DNA of 63,558 nt, filler included, from Candidatus Methanoxibalbensis ujae (GTDB lineage: Archaea > Halobacteriota > Syntropharchaeia > Alkanophagales > Methanospirareceae), in the NCBI GenBank assembly GCA_026134085.1. It is 7 parts of 7 records of this genome, joined end to end, with 100 filler letters (N's around TTAATTAATTAA, not from the genome) between each part and the next. Parts side by side here need not be neighbours in the genome. Positions count along the whole stretch, not along the records: positions 48,615 to 56,358 come from JAOQIN010000059.1; positions 56,459 to 63,558 come from JAOQIN010000061.1; 5 more parts are not named here. One strand, given 5' to 3'. The notes under the pieces are model-generated. The model searched no databases, was not told the DNA's origin, and saw only the letters and a program-made list of their open reading frames with translations. A program made the translations under genes and the position numbers. Shown here one piece after another: positions 48,515 to 60,677 of this stretch; positions within the stretch are counted from its first letter, which is position 1; the number at the start of each line of letters is the position of its first letter.

Positions 48515-48614
48515 NNNNNNNNNNNNNNNNNNNNNNNNNNNNNNNNNNNNNNNNNNNNTTAATTAATTAANNNNNNNNNNNNNNNNNNNNNNNNNNNNNN
48601 NNNNNNNNNNNNNN
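48515..48614. other. Artificial contig spacer
   Basis: N-run + TTAATTAATTAA. Confidence 0.99.
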
Positions 48615-48964
48615 TTTCTTTAAGTTCTTTTTTCTGCTCTTTTGTTTTGCTGGTCTTCCTCTGAGGTATTAATTAGCCCATAGCCATGATTCAAGCCATG
48701 TGTAGCCTGTTTCTTAATTCCAACAAAATCTCAACGCCTTCTCCTCTGATATCTTATGAAGTAATTAAGAACTCTTGTGTTCATCTCCAGCTTTTTTATT
48801 TGTCAGGTTCTTCAACTGGCATGTGCTTTATTACTTCATAAATTCGCTTTCTACCCATGAATTAAGTTTCTGTAATTTTGGTATAAAAAGTTTTGCTCAA
48901 GATAATAATAAAATAAAAAACAAAATAAAAACATAAAAACACAAAAAACAAAAAAAACGAAAGC

Positions 48965-49327
48965 TCAGAATAATCCTCTTCCGATGAGTGCACGCATTTT
49001 CTTGTCGCATGCGGTTGTAGCTCTTGATAACGCCTCACCGATCTTTGCACTCGCAACATTGAATGTGCCTTCATCAACACTCCTTTTTATCTCAGCGATC
49101 ATCTCGCCGACCTGTGAGAACTCCTCCATGCCAGTTGCGCTCAATGCTATGTTCGTTTCAGAAGATAAAGCATCAAGATACGCAAAAATAGTCTTCTTAG
49201 CACCTGCAAGCTCACTTCCCTCAAGCCTCTCAGCCGCCGATATGACCTTGAATCCAATTATCAGCCCGGATTTTATCCGCTCAGCAAGCTGATATCCCAC
49301 TATATCATCTCTTATCTCATTGCTCAT
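48965..49327 (-). CDS. Conserved hypothetical helical protein
   Basis: MSNEIRDDIVGYQLAERIKSGLII...; coding-like composition. Confidence 0.7.
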   Translation of the reverse strand: MSNEIRDDIVGYQLAERIKSGLIIGFKVISAAERLEGSELAGAKKTIFAYLDALSSETNIALSATGMEEFSQVGEMIAEIKRSVDEGTFNVASAKIGEALSRATTACDKKMRALIGRGLF

Positions 49328-49422
49328 ATTATTTTTTTGCCAATCATAAATAAAGAGCATAGCAGCAACGGTTTCAGTTGTGATATTTCAGTTGAGACAA
49401 TGACAGAGAGGAGGATTGATGG

Positions 49423-50067
49423 GTGATGAAGGTTGTTGCGCTGACAGGAGGAATAGCATCCGGCAAGAGCGAGGTGTTGAACATTTTCATGCGCCTCGGT
49501 GCGTTTGTGATAGACTGTGATGTGCTCAGCAGGGAGGCTTTGCAGCCGTGTTCAGAGGCATGGTGGAATGTTGTAAGAAAATTCGGCAGAGGCATATTGC
49601 GTGCAGACCTTGAGATAGACCGGGCGAAACTCCGAGAAATAGTTTTCAGCGATGATGAGAAGCGCATATCACTTGAGCGCATAGTTCATCCGGTAGTCAG
49701 GCAAAAGTTGAGAGAGAGACTTGAAGCAATAAAAACGCTGACATCTGAAAATGCAATGGCAGAGGAAAGTGAGGATGATGATGTCATTGTTGTTGTTGAT
49801 GTGCCGCTGTTGTTTGAATTGGGAATGCAGCATGATTTTGACAGTGTCATCGTCATATACGCGAGCGAGGAAAAAAGGCTGAGAAGGCTTATGAATCGTG
49901 ATAAAATAGGAGCTGAGCTCGCGAGAAATATGCTAAAAGCGCAGATGCCTCTGGAGGAGAAAGTCAAGCTTGCGGATCATGTCATATATAATGAGGGCTC
50001 AATTGATGAAACAGAAAAACAGGTGAGGAAAATATTTCAAATGTTAACAGCTCAACACGATATCTGA
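49423..50067 (+). CDS. coaE: Dephospho-CoA kinase (bacterial-type CoaE)
   Basis: LTGGIASGKS P-loop, IDRAKLREIVF, LERIVHP, DVPLLFE, AQMPLEEK. Confidence 0.92.
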   Translation: MMKVVALTGGIASGKSEVLNIFMRLGAFVIDCDVLSREALQPCSEAWWNVVRKFGRGILRADLEIDRAKLREIVFSDDEKRISLERIVHPVVRQKLRERLEAIKTLTSENAMAEESEDDDVIVVVDVPLLFELGMQHDFDSVIVIYASEEKRLRRLMNRDKIGAELARNMLKAQMPLEEKVKLADHVIYNEGSIDETEKQVRKIFQMLTAQHDI

Positions 50068-50099
50068 GAAAATGTGGAATTGAGGTGTGCTGATGATTG

Positions 50100-50265
50100 A
50101 TAAAAACAAATAAAAACAACAAAAATAAAAATAAAAATAAAAACAAAAACAGAAACAAAAACAAAAAAACAATAACAACAGCGGTAACAGCAATAACAAA
50201 ACAACAGTAACAACAACAGTAACAGCAACAATAACAGCAACATCAACATCAACAACAAAAAAAAG
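50100..50265. repeat. Low-complexity (AAAAT/AAC)n tract between convergent genes
   Basis: Directly visible. Confidence 0.85.
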
Positions 50266-50286
50266 CATAATGATGAATTGGAAGGA

Positions 50287-50679
50287 TTACAAACTTTCGC
50301 TGTTTAGAGCTTCTTTCACTCGGTCTATGAGAATATCAACAACGCGTTCATCTGCTCCGATCGGGTCGCCGTATATGATGTTTATGTTATTGCCCGTCTT
50401 CTGTTTGACCTCCTTCAATATGTTTGGGATGTCATCAATTGTGTGTGCTCCTTTTGCTAGGAAAACAGGCAAAGCGATTATGTTTGTGACTCCTTCATCC
50501 ACGAGTTCACCTATCACCTTTTCTATGGAAGGGTCATTCAGCTGCATGAACGCCACACGCACATCCTTGAACAGACCTCTCCTGGCCATCATCTCCCGCA
50601 GTTCCTCAACAACAATCTTGTTATACGGCAAATTGCTGCCATGCGCAATCAAAACTACAGCGAAATTATCGTATTCCAT
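50287..50679 (-). CDS. cfbA: Sirohydrochlorin chelatase CbiX(S)/CfbA
   Basis: AHGSNLPY, AFMQLNDPSI, PVFLAKGAHTIDDIP, YGDPIGADE. Ni versus Co specificity cannot be determined. Confidence 0.8.
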   Translation of the reverse strand: MEYDNFAVVLIAHGSNLPYNKIVVEELREMMARRGLFKDVRVAFMQLNDPSIEKVIGELVDEGVTNIIALPVFLAKGAHTIDDIPNILKEVKQKTGNNINIIYGDPIGADERVVDILIDRVKEALNSESL

Positions 50680-50757
50680 CCATCACACCCCCTCACTGTC
50701 ACTGCTCTCTCACATCAACACAATGTCATAAAATAATTTGCGATTTTTTCATGATTC

Positions 50758-52329
50758 TCATTTTTGAGAATGTCTGAGTGAGGGGTCTCTGCCGCACTCC
50801 ATATCTGCAACAAGCGGTTTCAGTTTTCTCTCAGCATATTTCACAAGCAATTTCATAATTTCAACGCGAATTTTGCCTGTTTTGCTCATACTGAAGTATT
50901 CATCAACAATTGTATAAATCCATTTGAAATCATGTTTTATGCATGCAGCGATGAGCATCCAGTGTTCTGGCATGAAATCCCGCGATGAAAAAAACTTATC
51001 ACGATTCAAAACGCCTATCGGCACGAATAGCAGGGGGACGATGAAGGATTTATATGATTTGAGATTATCAATAAGCTCTATTGTCTGAACGACATCGCTC
51101 GGCTTTTCACCGGGCATGCCAACAATGAGAGTTGAACATGGCACCCATCTGTTTTCTTTGAGTATCTGATGGGCTTCTATAACAACATCACACCACTGTT
51201 CGGGCTTAAATGGACGGACTTTGCCGCGCATGTGCATGCTTACGAGGCGTGCTGAGCCTGTCTCAATGCCAACCTGTCCTGAAATCCAGTGTCTGTTGTG
51301 AGTTCCAACCTCCAAAATGCGACTTATCTCAGACACAACCTCAGGTCTTGCGACGACGCTGCTGAATGCGAAGTGAGATATGCCTATGGGCACAGTTTGT
51401 TCATGGGAGTTGCGTCGCAGTGCGGAGAATAGCGTGCGCTTGCTTTTGTTCTCTTTCTCCATCTCAATGACGGATTTCACAGATTCAAACAGGCGGACAA
51501 CCTCTGCCACATCAGGTTCTATCTCCTTCGCGTTATATCTGAGCACATCTTCAGCGTGAAGAAGCACATAACCAGCTTCCCGGTAGCTTATGCGGGCCTC
51601 CTCAAGTATGTGAGGCAGAGGTTTGCAGCGATACTTGCGCATAGTGGGATTGCAGAACCTGCAGCCACGACCGCAGCCTCTTGCGATCTCTATCAGACCG
51701 TTCACAGCCGCATGATTTATGCGCGGAATCTTTTCAAGCGGTGTGACATCGCCATGAACAAATCTCGGCAGCTTCTCTCCCTTGAGAGCCATCTCAAACA
51801 CACGAGGAGCAACAAGCTCCCCCTCTCCTATGATAACGCAGTCTATTCCGTATTTCGCAGCGATGCGCTCGTCCTCAAGCTGCCACGCACCGGGACCGCC
51901 GACGATCACTTTTATGTCCCGACGCCTCACCACAGGATCAAACATAAGCGCTCTGAAAGATTTTGCAGAAAATGTCTCTTTCGCAGCGAAGTCTCCGAAT
52001 GTTGATGATGCAGGTCCGAGCCCGAGCGGGTCATTCGTGCTTATCCCTATCACCTCAGTGCTGCTGTCTGCCGCTTCACGCAGCTTATCAGGTCTTGTGA
52101 CAACAACATCATATCCCCTCTCAACAAGCACGGATTCTATCAGTCTCAGTCCATATGGTGCAAATTTCGCAGACACGCCGTCTTCTGCCACAGGAACAGG
52201 ACGGCAAAATATATACTCATATAATATCTCGGGAATTACAGCAGGTCCGCACGCGGCAAACCCCAGAAATTCATTGCCTCCATAATCGGACATCAGTGTT
52301 TTGTCCGCTGTCAGAACTATGCTTGGCAT
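50758..52329 (-). CDS. Radical SAM protein (B12-binding-like N-terminus)
   Basis: EIARGCGRGCRFC (CxxxCxxC), VIVGGPGAWQ, GIETGS, IVGMPGE. Confidence 0.9.
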   Translation of the reverse strand: MPSIVLTADKTLMSDYGGNEFLGFAACGPAVIPEILYEYIFCRPVPVAEDGVSAKFAPYGLRLIESVLVERGYDVVVTRPDKLREAADSSTEVIGISTNDPLGLGPASSTFGDFAAKETFSAKSFRALMFDPVVRRRDIKVIVGGPGAWQLEDERIAAKYGIDCVIIGEGELVAPRVFEMALKGEKLPRFVHGDVTPLEKIPRINHAAVNGLIEIARGCGRGCRFCNPTMRKYRCKPLPHILEEARISYREAGYVLLHAEDVLRYNAKEIEPDVAEVVRLFESVKSVIEMEKENKSKRTLFSALRRNSHEQTVPIGISHFAFSSVVARPEVVSEISRILEVGTHNRHWISGQVGIETGSARLVSMHMRGKVRPFKPEQWCDVVIEAHQILKENRWVPCSTLIVGMPGEKPSDVVQTIELIDNLKSYKSFIVPLLFVPIGVLNRDKFFSSRDFMPEHWMLIAACIKHDFKWIYTIVDEYFSMSKTGKIRVEIMKLLVKYAERKLKPLVADMECGRDPSLRHSQK

Positions 52330-52598
52330 CTCCCCTCTCCTCTCCCTCTATCAACAATAATATTTAAATCTTTCCACTCGCAGCCCGCACCGATATCAAA
52401 GGAGCATGAAGTCAGCAGAAGTCAGCACATAAAAAACATCCCACAATGATTCCCCTTTAAAATCGCATTGTTGTTTTGTTCCTTCTTCTCCTCTCATTCT
52501 TCTTTGTGAGTGTGTTATGATCCGCACTCGACTCCTGCTCACCTGCTCAGGGCTCCTGCATCCACAGGACGGGTCCACAGGATAATGAAGTTGATGGA

Positions 52599-52670
52599 AG
52601 CCTTGGGCGGGGTTCGAACCCGCGATCTCCACCTTACCAAGGTGGCGCATTACCACTATGCTACCAAGGC
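52599..52670 (-). tRNA. tRNA-Thr(GGT)
   Basis: Cloverleaf: GCCTTGG/CCAAGGC acceptor, CCACC-TTGGTAA-GGTGG anticodon arm, GGTTCGAAC T-loop. TTTAAAT box about 25 nt upstream; no intron. Confidence 0.96.
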
Positions 52671-52782
52671 TTTATTTTTCATTCTTCTCTCTCATTTAAA
52701 TCTTGTCAGCTTGATGATGGTAAGGGAGAGCGAAAGAAAGAAAGGAGATGACAACCAAAGAGGGAGGAGGGGTGAATGAAGG

Positions 52783-54972
52783 ATGGCGACAAGAGGTAAG
52801 AAAGCAGTGGAAAGAGTGAAGCAGCTGATGGACAGGACGAATCAGATAAGAAATATAGGCATAATCGCGCATATAGACCATGGCAAAACGACACTTACGG
52901 ATAACCTGCTCGCTGGAGCTGGTGTGATATCAAGCGAGCTCGCAGGTCAACAGCTTTTCACGGATTCCTATTATCTTGAACAGCAGAGAGGGATCACAAT
53001 ATTCTCAGCGAATGTTTCAATGGTTCATGAATATGAGGGCAAATACTACCTCATAAACCTTATAGACACGCCAGGTCATGTTGATTTCGGTGGAGATGTG
53101 ACTAGGGCGCTGCGTGCGGTTGACGGTGCTGTCGTCGTTGTAGATGCAGTTGAGGGAGTGATGCCGCAGACCGAGACCGTGCTGAGGCAGGCTATGCGTG
53201 AGAATGTGAAGCCCGTGCTTTTCATAAACAAGGTTGACCGCATGATAAATGAGCTTCGCATATCACTTGAGGAGATGCAGGAGAGGCTTGGCAGGATAAT
53301 AGATGAGGTGAACAAGCTGATAAAGAGCCTCAAACCTGATAAATATGATGAATGGAGGCTCAATGCTTCAGATGGAAGCGTTTCATTTGGATCTGCGCTG
53401 TATAATTGGGCGATAAGCATAGGAACAATGAAGCGCACGGGCATAGGATTCAGAGAGGTGTATGAGATGTGCAGACAGGGCAATATGAAAGAGCTTGCGA
53501 AGAAGTGTCCCACATATGTCGCTGTGCTTGACATGGTGATAAGGCATCTTCCTTCCCCTCTTGAGGCGCAGAAAGAGCGAATTCCTGTGATATGGAGAGG
53601 GGATATGGACAGCGATATAGGAAAAGCAATGCAGAACTGCGACAGAAATGGTGAGATAGCATTTATCGTCACGCACATATCAGTTGATCCGCATGCTGGA
53701 GAGGTTGTCACCGGAAGATTGTTCAGCGGAACACTGAGAAAAGGCGTTGAACTGTTCGTATCCGGCACTTATAAGAAGAACAGAGTGCAACAGGTCGGCG
53801 TTTACATGGGTCCCGAGCGTGTTGAAGTTGAGGAAATTCCAGCTGGAAACATCGCAGCTCTCATAGGTGTTAAGGATGCGGTCGTGGGCACAACACTCTC
53901 TTCGGTTGAGATGACTCCCTTTGAGAGCATAAAACATTACAGCGAGCCAGTCGTGACTGTTGCGGTTGAAGCGAAAAACACAAAAGAGCTGCCTCGCCTG
54001 ATTGAAGTTTTGCGCAAAATAAGCAAGGAGGACCCCATGGTGCGGGTTGAGATAAATGAAGAAACTGGCGAACATCTTATATCTGGAATGGGAGAGCTTC
54101 ATCTTGAAATCATAACGCACAGAATAGAGCATGATGAGGGCGTTCCTATAATAACATCTCCGCCTATTGTTGTTTATCGTGAAACTGTCAGAGCGAAAGC
54201 GGGTCCTGTTGAGGGGAAATCGCCAAACAGACACAACAGATTCTACTTTGAGGTTGAGCCGCTTGAGCAATCTGTTGTTGAGAAGATAATTGCTGAAGGG
54301 ATACAGATGGAGAAGGACAAAAAAGCACTCAGGAAGAAACTGCTTGATGCTGGCATGAGCATGGAAGAGGCCAAGAATGTTGTTGATATCGTTGAGGGCA
54401 ATGTGCTTCTCGACATGACGAAGGGCATTCAATACCTCAGCGAGACCATGGAGCTCGTGATTGAGGGGTTCAGAAATGTGATGGAAAAGGGGCCTCTCGC
54501 GAGAGAGAGATGTCGTGGCGTCAAGGTGAAGCTTGTGGATGCGAAGTTGCATGAGGATGCAATTCACAGAGGCCCTGCGCAGGTGATCCCGGCGGTTAAA
54601 AACGCGATATCCGCAGCTATACTCATGGCGGACCCCATATTTCTGGAGCCCATGCTTGAGATATTCATAAGTATTCCGCAAAACATGCTCGGAAATGTGA
54701 CGAAAGACCTTCAGGGACGCAGAGCACGCATCACAGATATGAAAGCTGAGGGAGAGTTCGTCACAGTGAAAGCAATCGCACCGGTGGCGGAGATGTTCGG
54801 CTTCGCAAGTGATATCCGTTCTGCGACAGAGGGAAGAGCGATATGGAGCACTGAATTCGCCGGATATGAGCAACTGCCGCAGAGCATGTTCCACGATAAA
54901 GTGATGGAAGTGCGGAGGAGAAAAGGATTGAAACTTGAAATGCCACAACCATCAGACTTCATATCGCCCTGA
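52783..54972 (+). CDS. fusA: Translation elongation factor 2 (aEF-2)
   Basis: [34 protein letters not shown], diphthamide loop [11 protein letters not shown]. Confidence 0.98.
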   Translation: MATRGKKAVERVKQLMDRTNQIRNIGIIAHIDHGKTTLTDNLLAGAGVISSELAGQQLFTDSYYLEQQRGITIFSANVSMVHEYEGKYYLINLIDTPGHVDFGGDVTRALRAVDGAVVVVDAVEGVMPQTETVLRQAMRENVKPVLFINKVDRMINELRISLEEMQERLGRIIDEVNKLIKSLKPDKYDEWRLNASDGSVSFGSALYNWAISIGTMKRTGIGFREVYEMCRQGNMKELAKKCPTYVAVLDMVIRHLPSPLEAQKERIPVIWRGDMDSDIGKAMQNCDRNGEIAFIVTHISVDPHAGEVVTGRLFSGTLRKGVELFVSGTYKKNRVQQVGVYMGPERVEVEEIPAGNIAALIGVKDAVVGTTLSSVEMTPFESIKHYSEPVVTVAVEAKNTKELPRLIEVLRKISKEDPMVRVEINEETGEHLISGMGELHLEIITHRIEHDEGVPIITSPPIVVYRETVRAKAGPVEGKSPNRHNRFYFEVEPLEQSVVEKIIAEGIQMEKDKKALRKKLLDAGMSMEEAKNVVDIVEGNVLLDMTKGIQYLSETMELVIEGFRNVMEKGPLARERCRGVKVKLVDAKLHEDAIHRGPAQVIPAVKNAISAAILMADPIFLEPMLEIFISIPQNMLGNVTKDLQGRRARITDMKAEGEFVTVKAIAPVAEMFGFASDIRSATEGRAIWSTEFAGYEQLPQSMFHDKVMEVRRRKGLKLEMPQPSDFISP

Positions 54973-55126
54973 GCCCTGCTGATCCATTGCATTGCTCCTC
55001 TTCTTTTTCTCCCTGTCTGTCCTGTCTGTCCTCATGTTTTTATGGTTTTTTATGGTTTTTATTTGTGATGATATGATCATGATGATATGATGATATGTAT
55101 GATGACATAATGAGAGGAATGAAAGA

Positions 55127-56098
55127 GTGATGAGAGAAAATAAAGAAAATGATGCCCGATATGATCTCATTGTCATAGGAGGAGGTCCTGCTGGGCTTAC
55201 CGCCGCGATATATGCTGTGAGGAGCGGATTGAACACGCTGCTTATTGAGAAAGGCATATGTGGTGGTTTTCTGAACGAGATTCCGCGCATTGAGAACTAT
55301 CCGGGGTTCAAGCAGATAAGCGGCATGGAACTCGCATCACGATTGAAGGAGCATGCAGCGGATTATGTGGAGATAAGGGAGATTGAGGAGGTTTTGAGGC
55401 TCTCGCAGCATCGGGGATCAAATCAGAAATCATCAGATTCCTTTTCATCATCGGCTGATTTCATCGTGCAAACAACAAAACAATCATATGTGGCGAAGGC
55501 GCTGATAATATGCACAGGCACTCGCCATCGCAAGCTCGGAGTCGTCGGCGAGGACGAATTTCTGGGAAAAGGAGTGTCATATTGCGCGACATGCGACGGA
55601 TTCTTCTTCAAAAACAAGCGTGTGATCGTTGTTGGCGGAGGAGATTCGGCGGCAACACAAGCATTGTTCCTCAAAAACATGGGATGTGATGTCACAATTG
55701 TGCATCGCAGAGATTCTTTGCGTGCTGGAAAATATCTGCAACGCATGATAGACCGTGCTGAAATTCCGATACTGTGGAACTCCGAGGTGAAGGAAATAAA
55801 AGGAAGTGACCGTGTTGAATGTGTTGTCATAACAGAGAGGGGTAATGAGAGGGAAATTCCTGTGGATGGCGTGTTTGTCGCTATAGGCGAGGTTCCCAAC
55901 AGCGAGCTCGCATCTCATCTGAACATTGAATGCGATGATAGCGGATACATAGTCACCGACAGGAATCAGCGGACAAATGTTGAGCGCGTATATGCAGCTG
56001 GCGATGTCTCCGGCGGCGTTCGTCAGGTGATAGTTGCGTGCGCCGAAGGCGCAGTCGCTGCAATGTCCGCATACGAGGACATCACCTCAGAACCCTGA
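55127..56098 (+). CDS. trxB: Thioredoxin-disulfide reductase
   Basis: GGGPAGLTAA, GVSYCATCDG, VGGGDSA, HRRD, YAAGDV. Confidence 0.95.
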   Translation: MMRENKENDARYDLIVIGGGPAGLTAAIYAVRSGLNTLLIEKGICGGFLNEIPRIENYPGFKQISGMELASRLKEHAADYVEIREIEEVLRLSQHRGSNQKSSDSFSSSADFIVQTTKQSYVAKALIICTGTRHRKLGVVGEDEFLGKGVSYCATCDGFFFKNKRVIVVGGGDSAATQALFLKNMGCDVTIVHRRDSLRAGKYLQRMIDRAEIPILWNSEVKEIKGSDRVECVVITERGNEREIPVDGVFVAIGEVPNSELASHLNIECDDSGYIVTDRNQRTNVERVYAAGDVSGGVRQVIVACAEGAVAAMSAYEDITSEP

Positions 56099-56358
56099 TT
56101 CATAATTCATTGAAACACCATTTCAACGCGGTCCGTGCATGATATATGGTCTCCGTGCATGATATTGCGATGCGATATCGGATTATGGAGGTATGCGTCT
56201 CACGTGTCTGTTTGAGGAGGGCTATGTCGCTGACACAGCGACAGTGAGCGATGCAATTGACGATCAGAAAACTGTAAAAATATTGTTGCTGCCATTCCCG
56301 CCTTTTCAAGTTTTCAAGGATAGAAAAGGTGAGATTTATATATGGTGTATGAAGGCGA

Positions 56359-56458
56359 NNNNNNNNNNNNNNNNNNNNNNNNNNNNNNNNNNNNNNNNNN
56401 NNTTAATTAATTAANNNNNNNNNNNNNNNNNNNNNNNNNNNNNNNNNNNNNNNNNNNN
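56359..56458. other. Artificial contig spacer
   Basis: N-run + TTAATTAATTAA. Confidence 0.99.
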
Positions 56459-57317
56459 TCATTCACTATCCTTCTCTCCTCTATGATTGAAGGGTATTCC
56501 TTCTTCAGCTCAACATCCTTCCTGACCGTGAAGGTGGAAATCTCCATCATGACATCATCAGCCTCATTAAAAGGCTGATGAGAAAGTGCTACTTTAACCA
56601 CACATTTCCTGTCCTCGAGTGTTTCTTCTCTGTCTATCAGGTCCTCATTGGAAGTCCTCATTGGAACGCATCTTCTTCGCTGAAGTTATCTCCTGAGAAA
56701 CTATTCCGCAGAGTCAGACATATGATTGCACCTGACTGTCCTCGTTACTTCCATTCGGTATTTCCAACCTGACTCACCCATATCCCCCACCGCTCATTTG
56801 AAAAAGGAGGGGATTGGCAACAACATCTCCTTAAAAAAGTAGAGAAACCCGGCGGCGAGGTAGTGTTTGTTAAAGAATACAGTGAACGGAGAATGGGATT
56901 TATAGTCACCGTATCTCCAGATGCAGCTTCTGCTGAGGTATTCTTGAAGGAAAACTCCCTAAACAGACCATTTCATTATATTATGAGACTCCTGAAAGTA
57001 ACTGGTGATATTGATTATAATGACGAGAAATCAGTAAGAAAAGGGAAGAAAAAGGTGCGAAAAATAGAAATATTCAGGTTGTTCAGACCGAATGTAATGA
57101 AGATGGAGAAAAAAGATTAAAAGTACGAATCCGTGGACAAGCTACTTGTTATGGTTAGGGCACTTATGCAGCAGCGGAATTTAATAATAGACACGGTGAC
57201 GGATTTTATGTTGAGCTATGGGATGTGCTGAGATGTGCAAGGGTGTTCTATATATAATATATAGTAACGGAGAGAAAGAAATTAGTAGTGCGAAGAATTT
57301 GAAAACGTGAAATTGGA

Positions 57318-58190
57318 ATGAGGTGGAAGGAAGAGGGTTTTAGCTACGAGAGCGATCCAATAAGTCATTTTAAAGGAGTTAAGGCTGACAAGGAACTTTT
57401 TCTGGAGATGGCATCTACGCTAAGAGAATCAGGTGTAAAAGATGTTGTTTATACCTTCATTGATATTGATGGAGCAGAGAGGTTCTTTGATTACATGAAA
57501 AATAAGATGAACGGATCATATTGGAGATTGGAGACGAAGCCGCTATCTCCACAACAGAGTATAGTTATCCTGTCAGAACTTCAAATGCTTTTATACAAGT
57601 AGTAATGTTTGATGGAAATGATGTGAAGAGGATAATTGCAGAAAAAGTCTTGGAGAAAGCTGAAAATGAAAAAAAGATGCAGTCATCTAATAATGAGATG
57701 CATAGGCATAGCTATGATATCCATCATTGCATCATTTTATATACCATATAATGAGGAAGAAACATCAGTAACCATCATTAGTGCAAAACATTTAAAAATA
57801 AATACATAAACGATGTGAAGACCTTTGAAGAGTTGAATATTTGGCATGAAAGGCAAACTGAAGAAGAATATCACGGATGAAGAGATGTTCCAGGAAAATC
57901 TGGAAAAGGATAAAGCTCGTTTTCTGGAATTACATAAATTAAGAGAATATGATGTGAAGGATGGCTATGTTTTACAATTGAACAAGAAAATAGACGGATT
58001 TACAGAAGGTTATGCTGAAATTGACGTCTATGTCTTCAATAATATTGATGGGGCAGATGAATTCTTTGAATACATAAAAAAATAAGACCGAAGGGACGAG
58101 CATACCGGGGCTTGGAGACGAAGCCGCTATCTCCTCAACGGAGACAACGCATATCTGGCTGGTCAGAACCTCAAATGCATGTATCAAAGT
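57318..58190 (+). pseudogene. Two paralogous gene remnants
   Basis: TFIDIDGAERFFDYMK vs VFNNIDGADEFFEYIK; TTGGAGACGAAGCCGCTATCTCC is present after both. Confidence 0.55.
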
Positions 58191-58246
58191 AATTGGGGAT
58201 GGACTGGAAGGTTAATCGCAGAGAAGATCATGGATAAAGCTGAAAA

Positions 58247-58921
58247 ATGAAAAAGAGGATGGCTATAATCTGTCTATGTTTGCTTGTAGGATGTTTACTG
58301 CTGGGGATAATGATTGCGGGGGTCTTCCGGGAAACAAATTGGCAGGCAAAATTAACGGAGGAGGAAAAAGCAGAATTGATCAGGATAGCGCTTAACGACA
58401 CAAGCGTAAAGGAGATGTTGGAGGATAAGGAATACAGGATAATAGGAGCGGGGATAATATCCCGAGAACATGTTGTCAGCGGAGACAGGACCAGAGAGGC
58501 ATATCCTGGGGTGCAGATGTATGTCGGGGAAGACAATTGGATGAAAATAACACTAACTACTGTGTTGATTGATCTAGACAAGAAAAAGGTAATACAAATA
58601 TACAGATATCCATATGTCAAGCCGACGATACCAAGAGGAGTAACTGGAGAAGAAAAAGAAGAAGCAATCAGGATAGCACTCAACAACGAAAGTGTAAAGG
58701 AGAGGATAGAGGGGTTGGAATATGAGGTTAGAGATGTTCTTGCTTTTGAAAAATGGATGACCGGGGAAAAGCTTGATACTGATGATGTTTACATACACAT
58801 CAACGGGACTCCAATATGCTATATTGCAACTGTGAATCTGACCGAGAGAAGAGTAATAGCGATAAAAGAATCAATTTGTGGACCGGTAGATAAGAAAAGA
58901 AGTGGTCAAGATAGCACTTAA
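58247..58921 (+). CDS. Membrane-anchored protein with two tandem repeat domains
   Basis: N-terminal TM; LTEEEKAELIRIALNDTSVKE / VTGEEKEEAIRIALNNESVKE. Confidence 0.75.
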   Translation: MKKRMAIICLCLLVGCLLLGIMIAGVFRETNWQAKLTEEEKAELIRIALNDTSVKEMLEDKEYRIIGAGIISREHVVSGDRTREAYPGVQMYVGEDNWMKITLTTVLIDLDKKKVIQIYRYPYVKPTIPRGVTGEEKEEAIRIALNNESVKERIEGLEYEVRDVLAFEKWMTGEKLDTDDVYIHINGTPICYIATVNLTERRVIAIKESICGPVDKKRSGQDST

Positions 58922-59977
58922 TGATTCAGGGGTGAAAGAGAAAATAAAAGGGAAAGTGAGGGGAAAAGATTACGATGTTTCAGTTGGTGATAAATTGGTT
59001 GGGAAAAAATTGCAAGCGGATGTTTACGGATAAAACTTTGATGATCATTCATGCAGCAGCAGAAAGAGGGAAAAGTAATAGAGATAGGGGAGGAATAAAG
59101 TATGAAGTAAAATACTAACGGCATCATGTCCCGAAAATTCTGCACATTTAAAAAATCCACCAGCATAAAATGCGTAGAATGTGGAATAGCGGTGACCCCG
59201 GATTTGTATTACTGGGACTGCCCGAGGCATCAATCATGGGGAAATATCCTCAGCCGATAAGAGAATGAGGAGACCTGAAGATATTATGATTTGATACTTG
59301 CTGTAAATATAGGGAATGTAGGGATGGGAGTGATGGATAAAACGGTAAATAAAAGCAGATGGGAAAGAGGAGGGCAAAGCAGAATAAGGAGCTGGAGAGG
59401 AGTTATTGTCGTGGAATAATTGGGGTCAGTGGAGTAACTGGCGCCCTGGCAGTGGAGATTGCCGTTCTGTTTCCGGAGCTTACTTCTATATAAGATGCGC
59501 AGTGGTCAATCTGACCGTGGGGGATGGACTGGAAGAATGTGCCATCCGGGCCATGAATGTGGCGATGAGGTTCGCGAGGGCAGGAGAGAGATCCAGCTTC
59601 TACAATGTGTTGAGCAAGTGCTGCTGGAAGGAGCATGGAGGTTGTTCGGAGCATTGTTGCATGGAGGGCTACGGATGGAACAATATGAGGAAGGAGTAAC
59701 GAACAACTCCATCCCTTTAAGTCACGATGTGCAGAGCAAGGAGGCGATGTGACGAACTTTAACAACTGGAAACTCTTTCAGCATGACGATCTCAACATCC
59801 AGCCGGGTGATTGGCGGATGCCCTGCGGAACCGATGAGGAAAACACGAAAGTCAGGATAAGGCAGATGGAAAGGGGGGCTGTGCAGGGGAGATTATGCTG
59901 CGTGCTTTGAGATGGATAAGATTGTAATGTAATTAGTGTTAATTGTCCTCGTCTGATAGGAGGTGAGAAAAGAGAAG

Positions 59978-60677
59978 ATGAAAAAAGCATTTGCAGGAAA
60001 AAGGAAAGTGCTAATAATAGGCACTGTTTTCGTAATAGCAATCGTGGGCATCATAGCTATACTCATGGTAAAACAGCCAAACGAAGCGGGACACGGAGGT
60101 AAAATCTGAAATAGAGCGTTTGCTCCTTGAACCTGAAATACATTTAAGCAGATGGTCGGTGGATACAGCGGAAAAGAGGGTGGATATTTTTGTATACAAA
60201 CTGACACCGGAGAATGAACGATTAAATGGCAAGGTTATCAATGGATGGACGATGAACATAAGGGAAGACGTAGAGTTTAAGAGGGAAGAAGAGAAGCTCA
60301 ACGCAGAGCTAGAACGGCTCAAAGAGAAGCCGGAGATGCAAATTGCTGCATGGTCGTACGGGTGGGATCCCAGAACAGGCTGTAAGGACATAGAGATATA
60401 TGTTTACAATCTCACACCGGAGAACCAGCAATTACATGGCAGGATGATTGATGGATGGAAAGTCTATGTATATAAATCGTTACTACCGCCAGAGGAAGTG
60501 GCACTACAAGACCCGAGGGTGAAAGAAAGAATAGAAGGAAAGGAATACGAAATTAAGGAACATACAAGAAAGGCTGGTGGTGATAAAGAAATATTGGTAG
60601 ATGTTTATATACGCATAAAAGAGCCCAAAAAGACGATTATTGCTACTGTTGATGTGGTAAAACAGAAAGTAAGATAA
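59978..60677 (+). pseudogene. Frameshifted membrane-anchored repeat protein
   Basis: GGAGGTGA RBS + TM-encoding start at 59978, stop near 60109, continuing in another frame. VYxLTPENxxLxGxxIxGW occurs twice, and the C-terminus resembles the 58247 repeat. Confidence 0.6.

Noticed and set aside
49982..50268. Poly-Leu/Phe/Cys ORFs that look like membrane peptides
   Set aside because: Artefacts of the (AAC)/(AAAAT) microsatellite.
52595..52640. tRNA-Thr 3' end as an attachment site for virus C or D
   Set aside because: No copy of the tRNA 3' sequence was noticed in either virus contig and neither encodes an integrase.
53680..54948. 422-aa antisense ORF (and similar shadows over GH38, marker 3, CBS genes)
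   Set aside because: Antisense shadow of EF-2 with no protein-like motifs.
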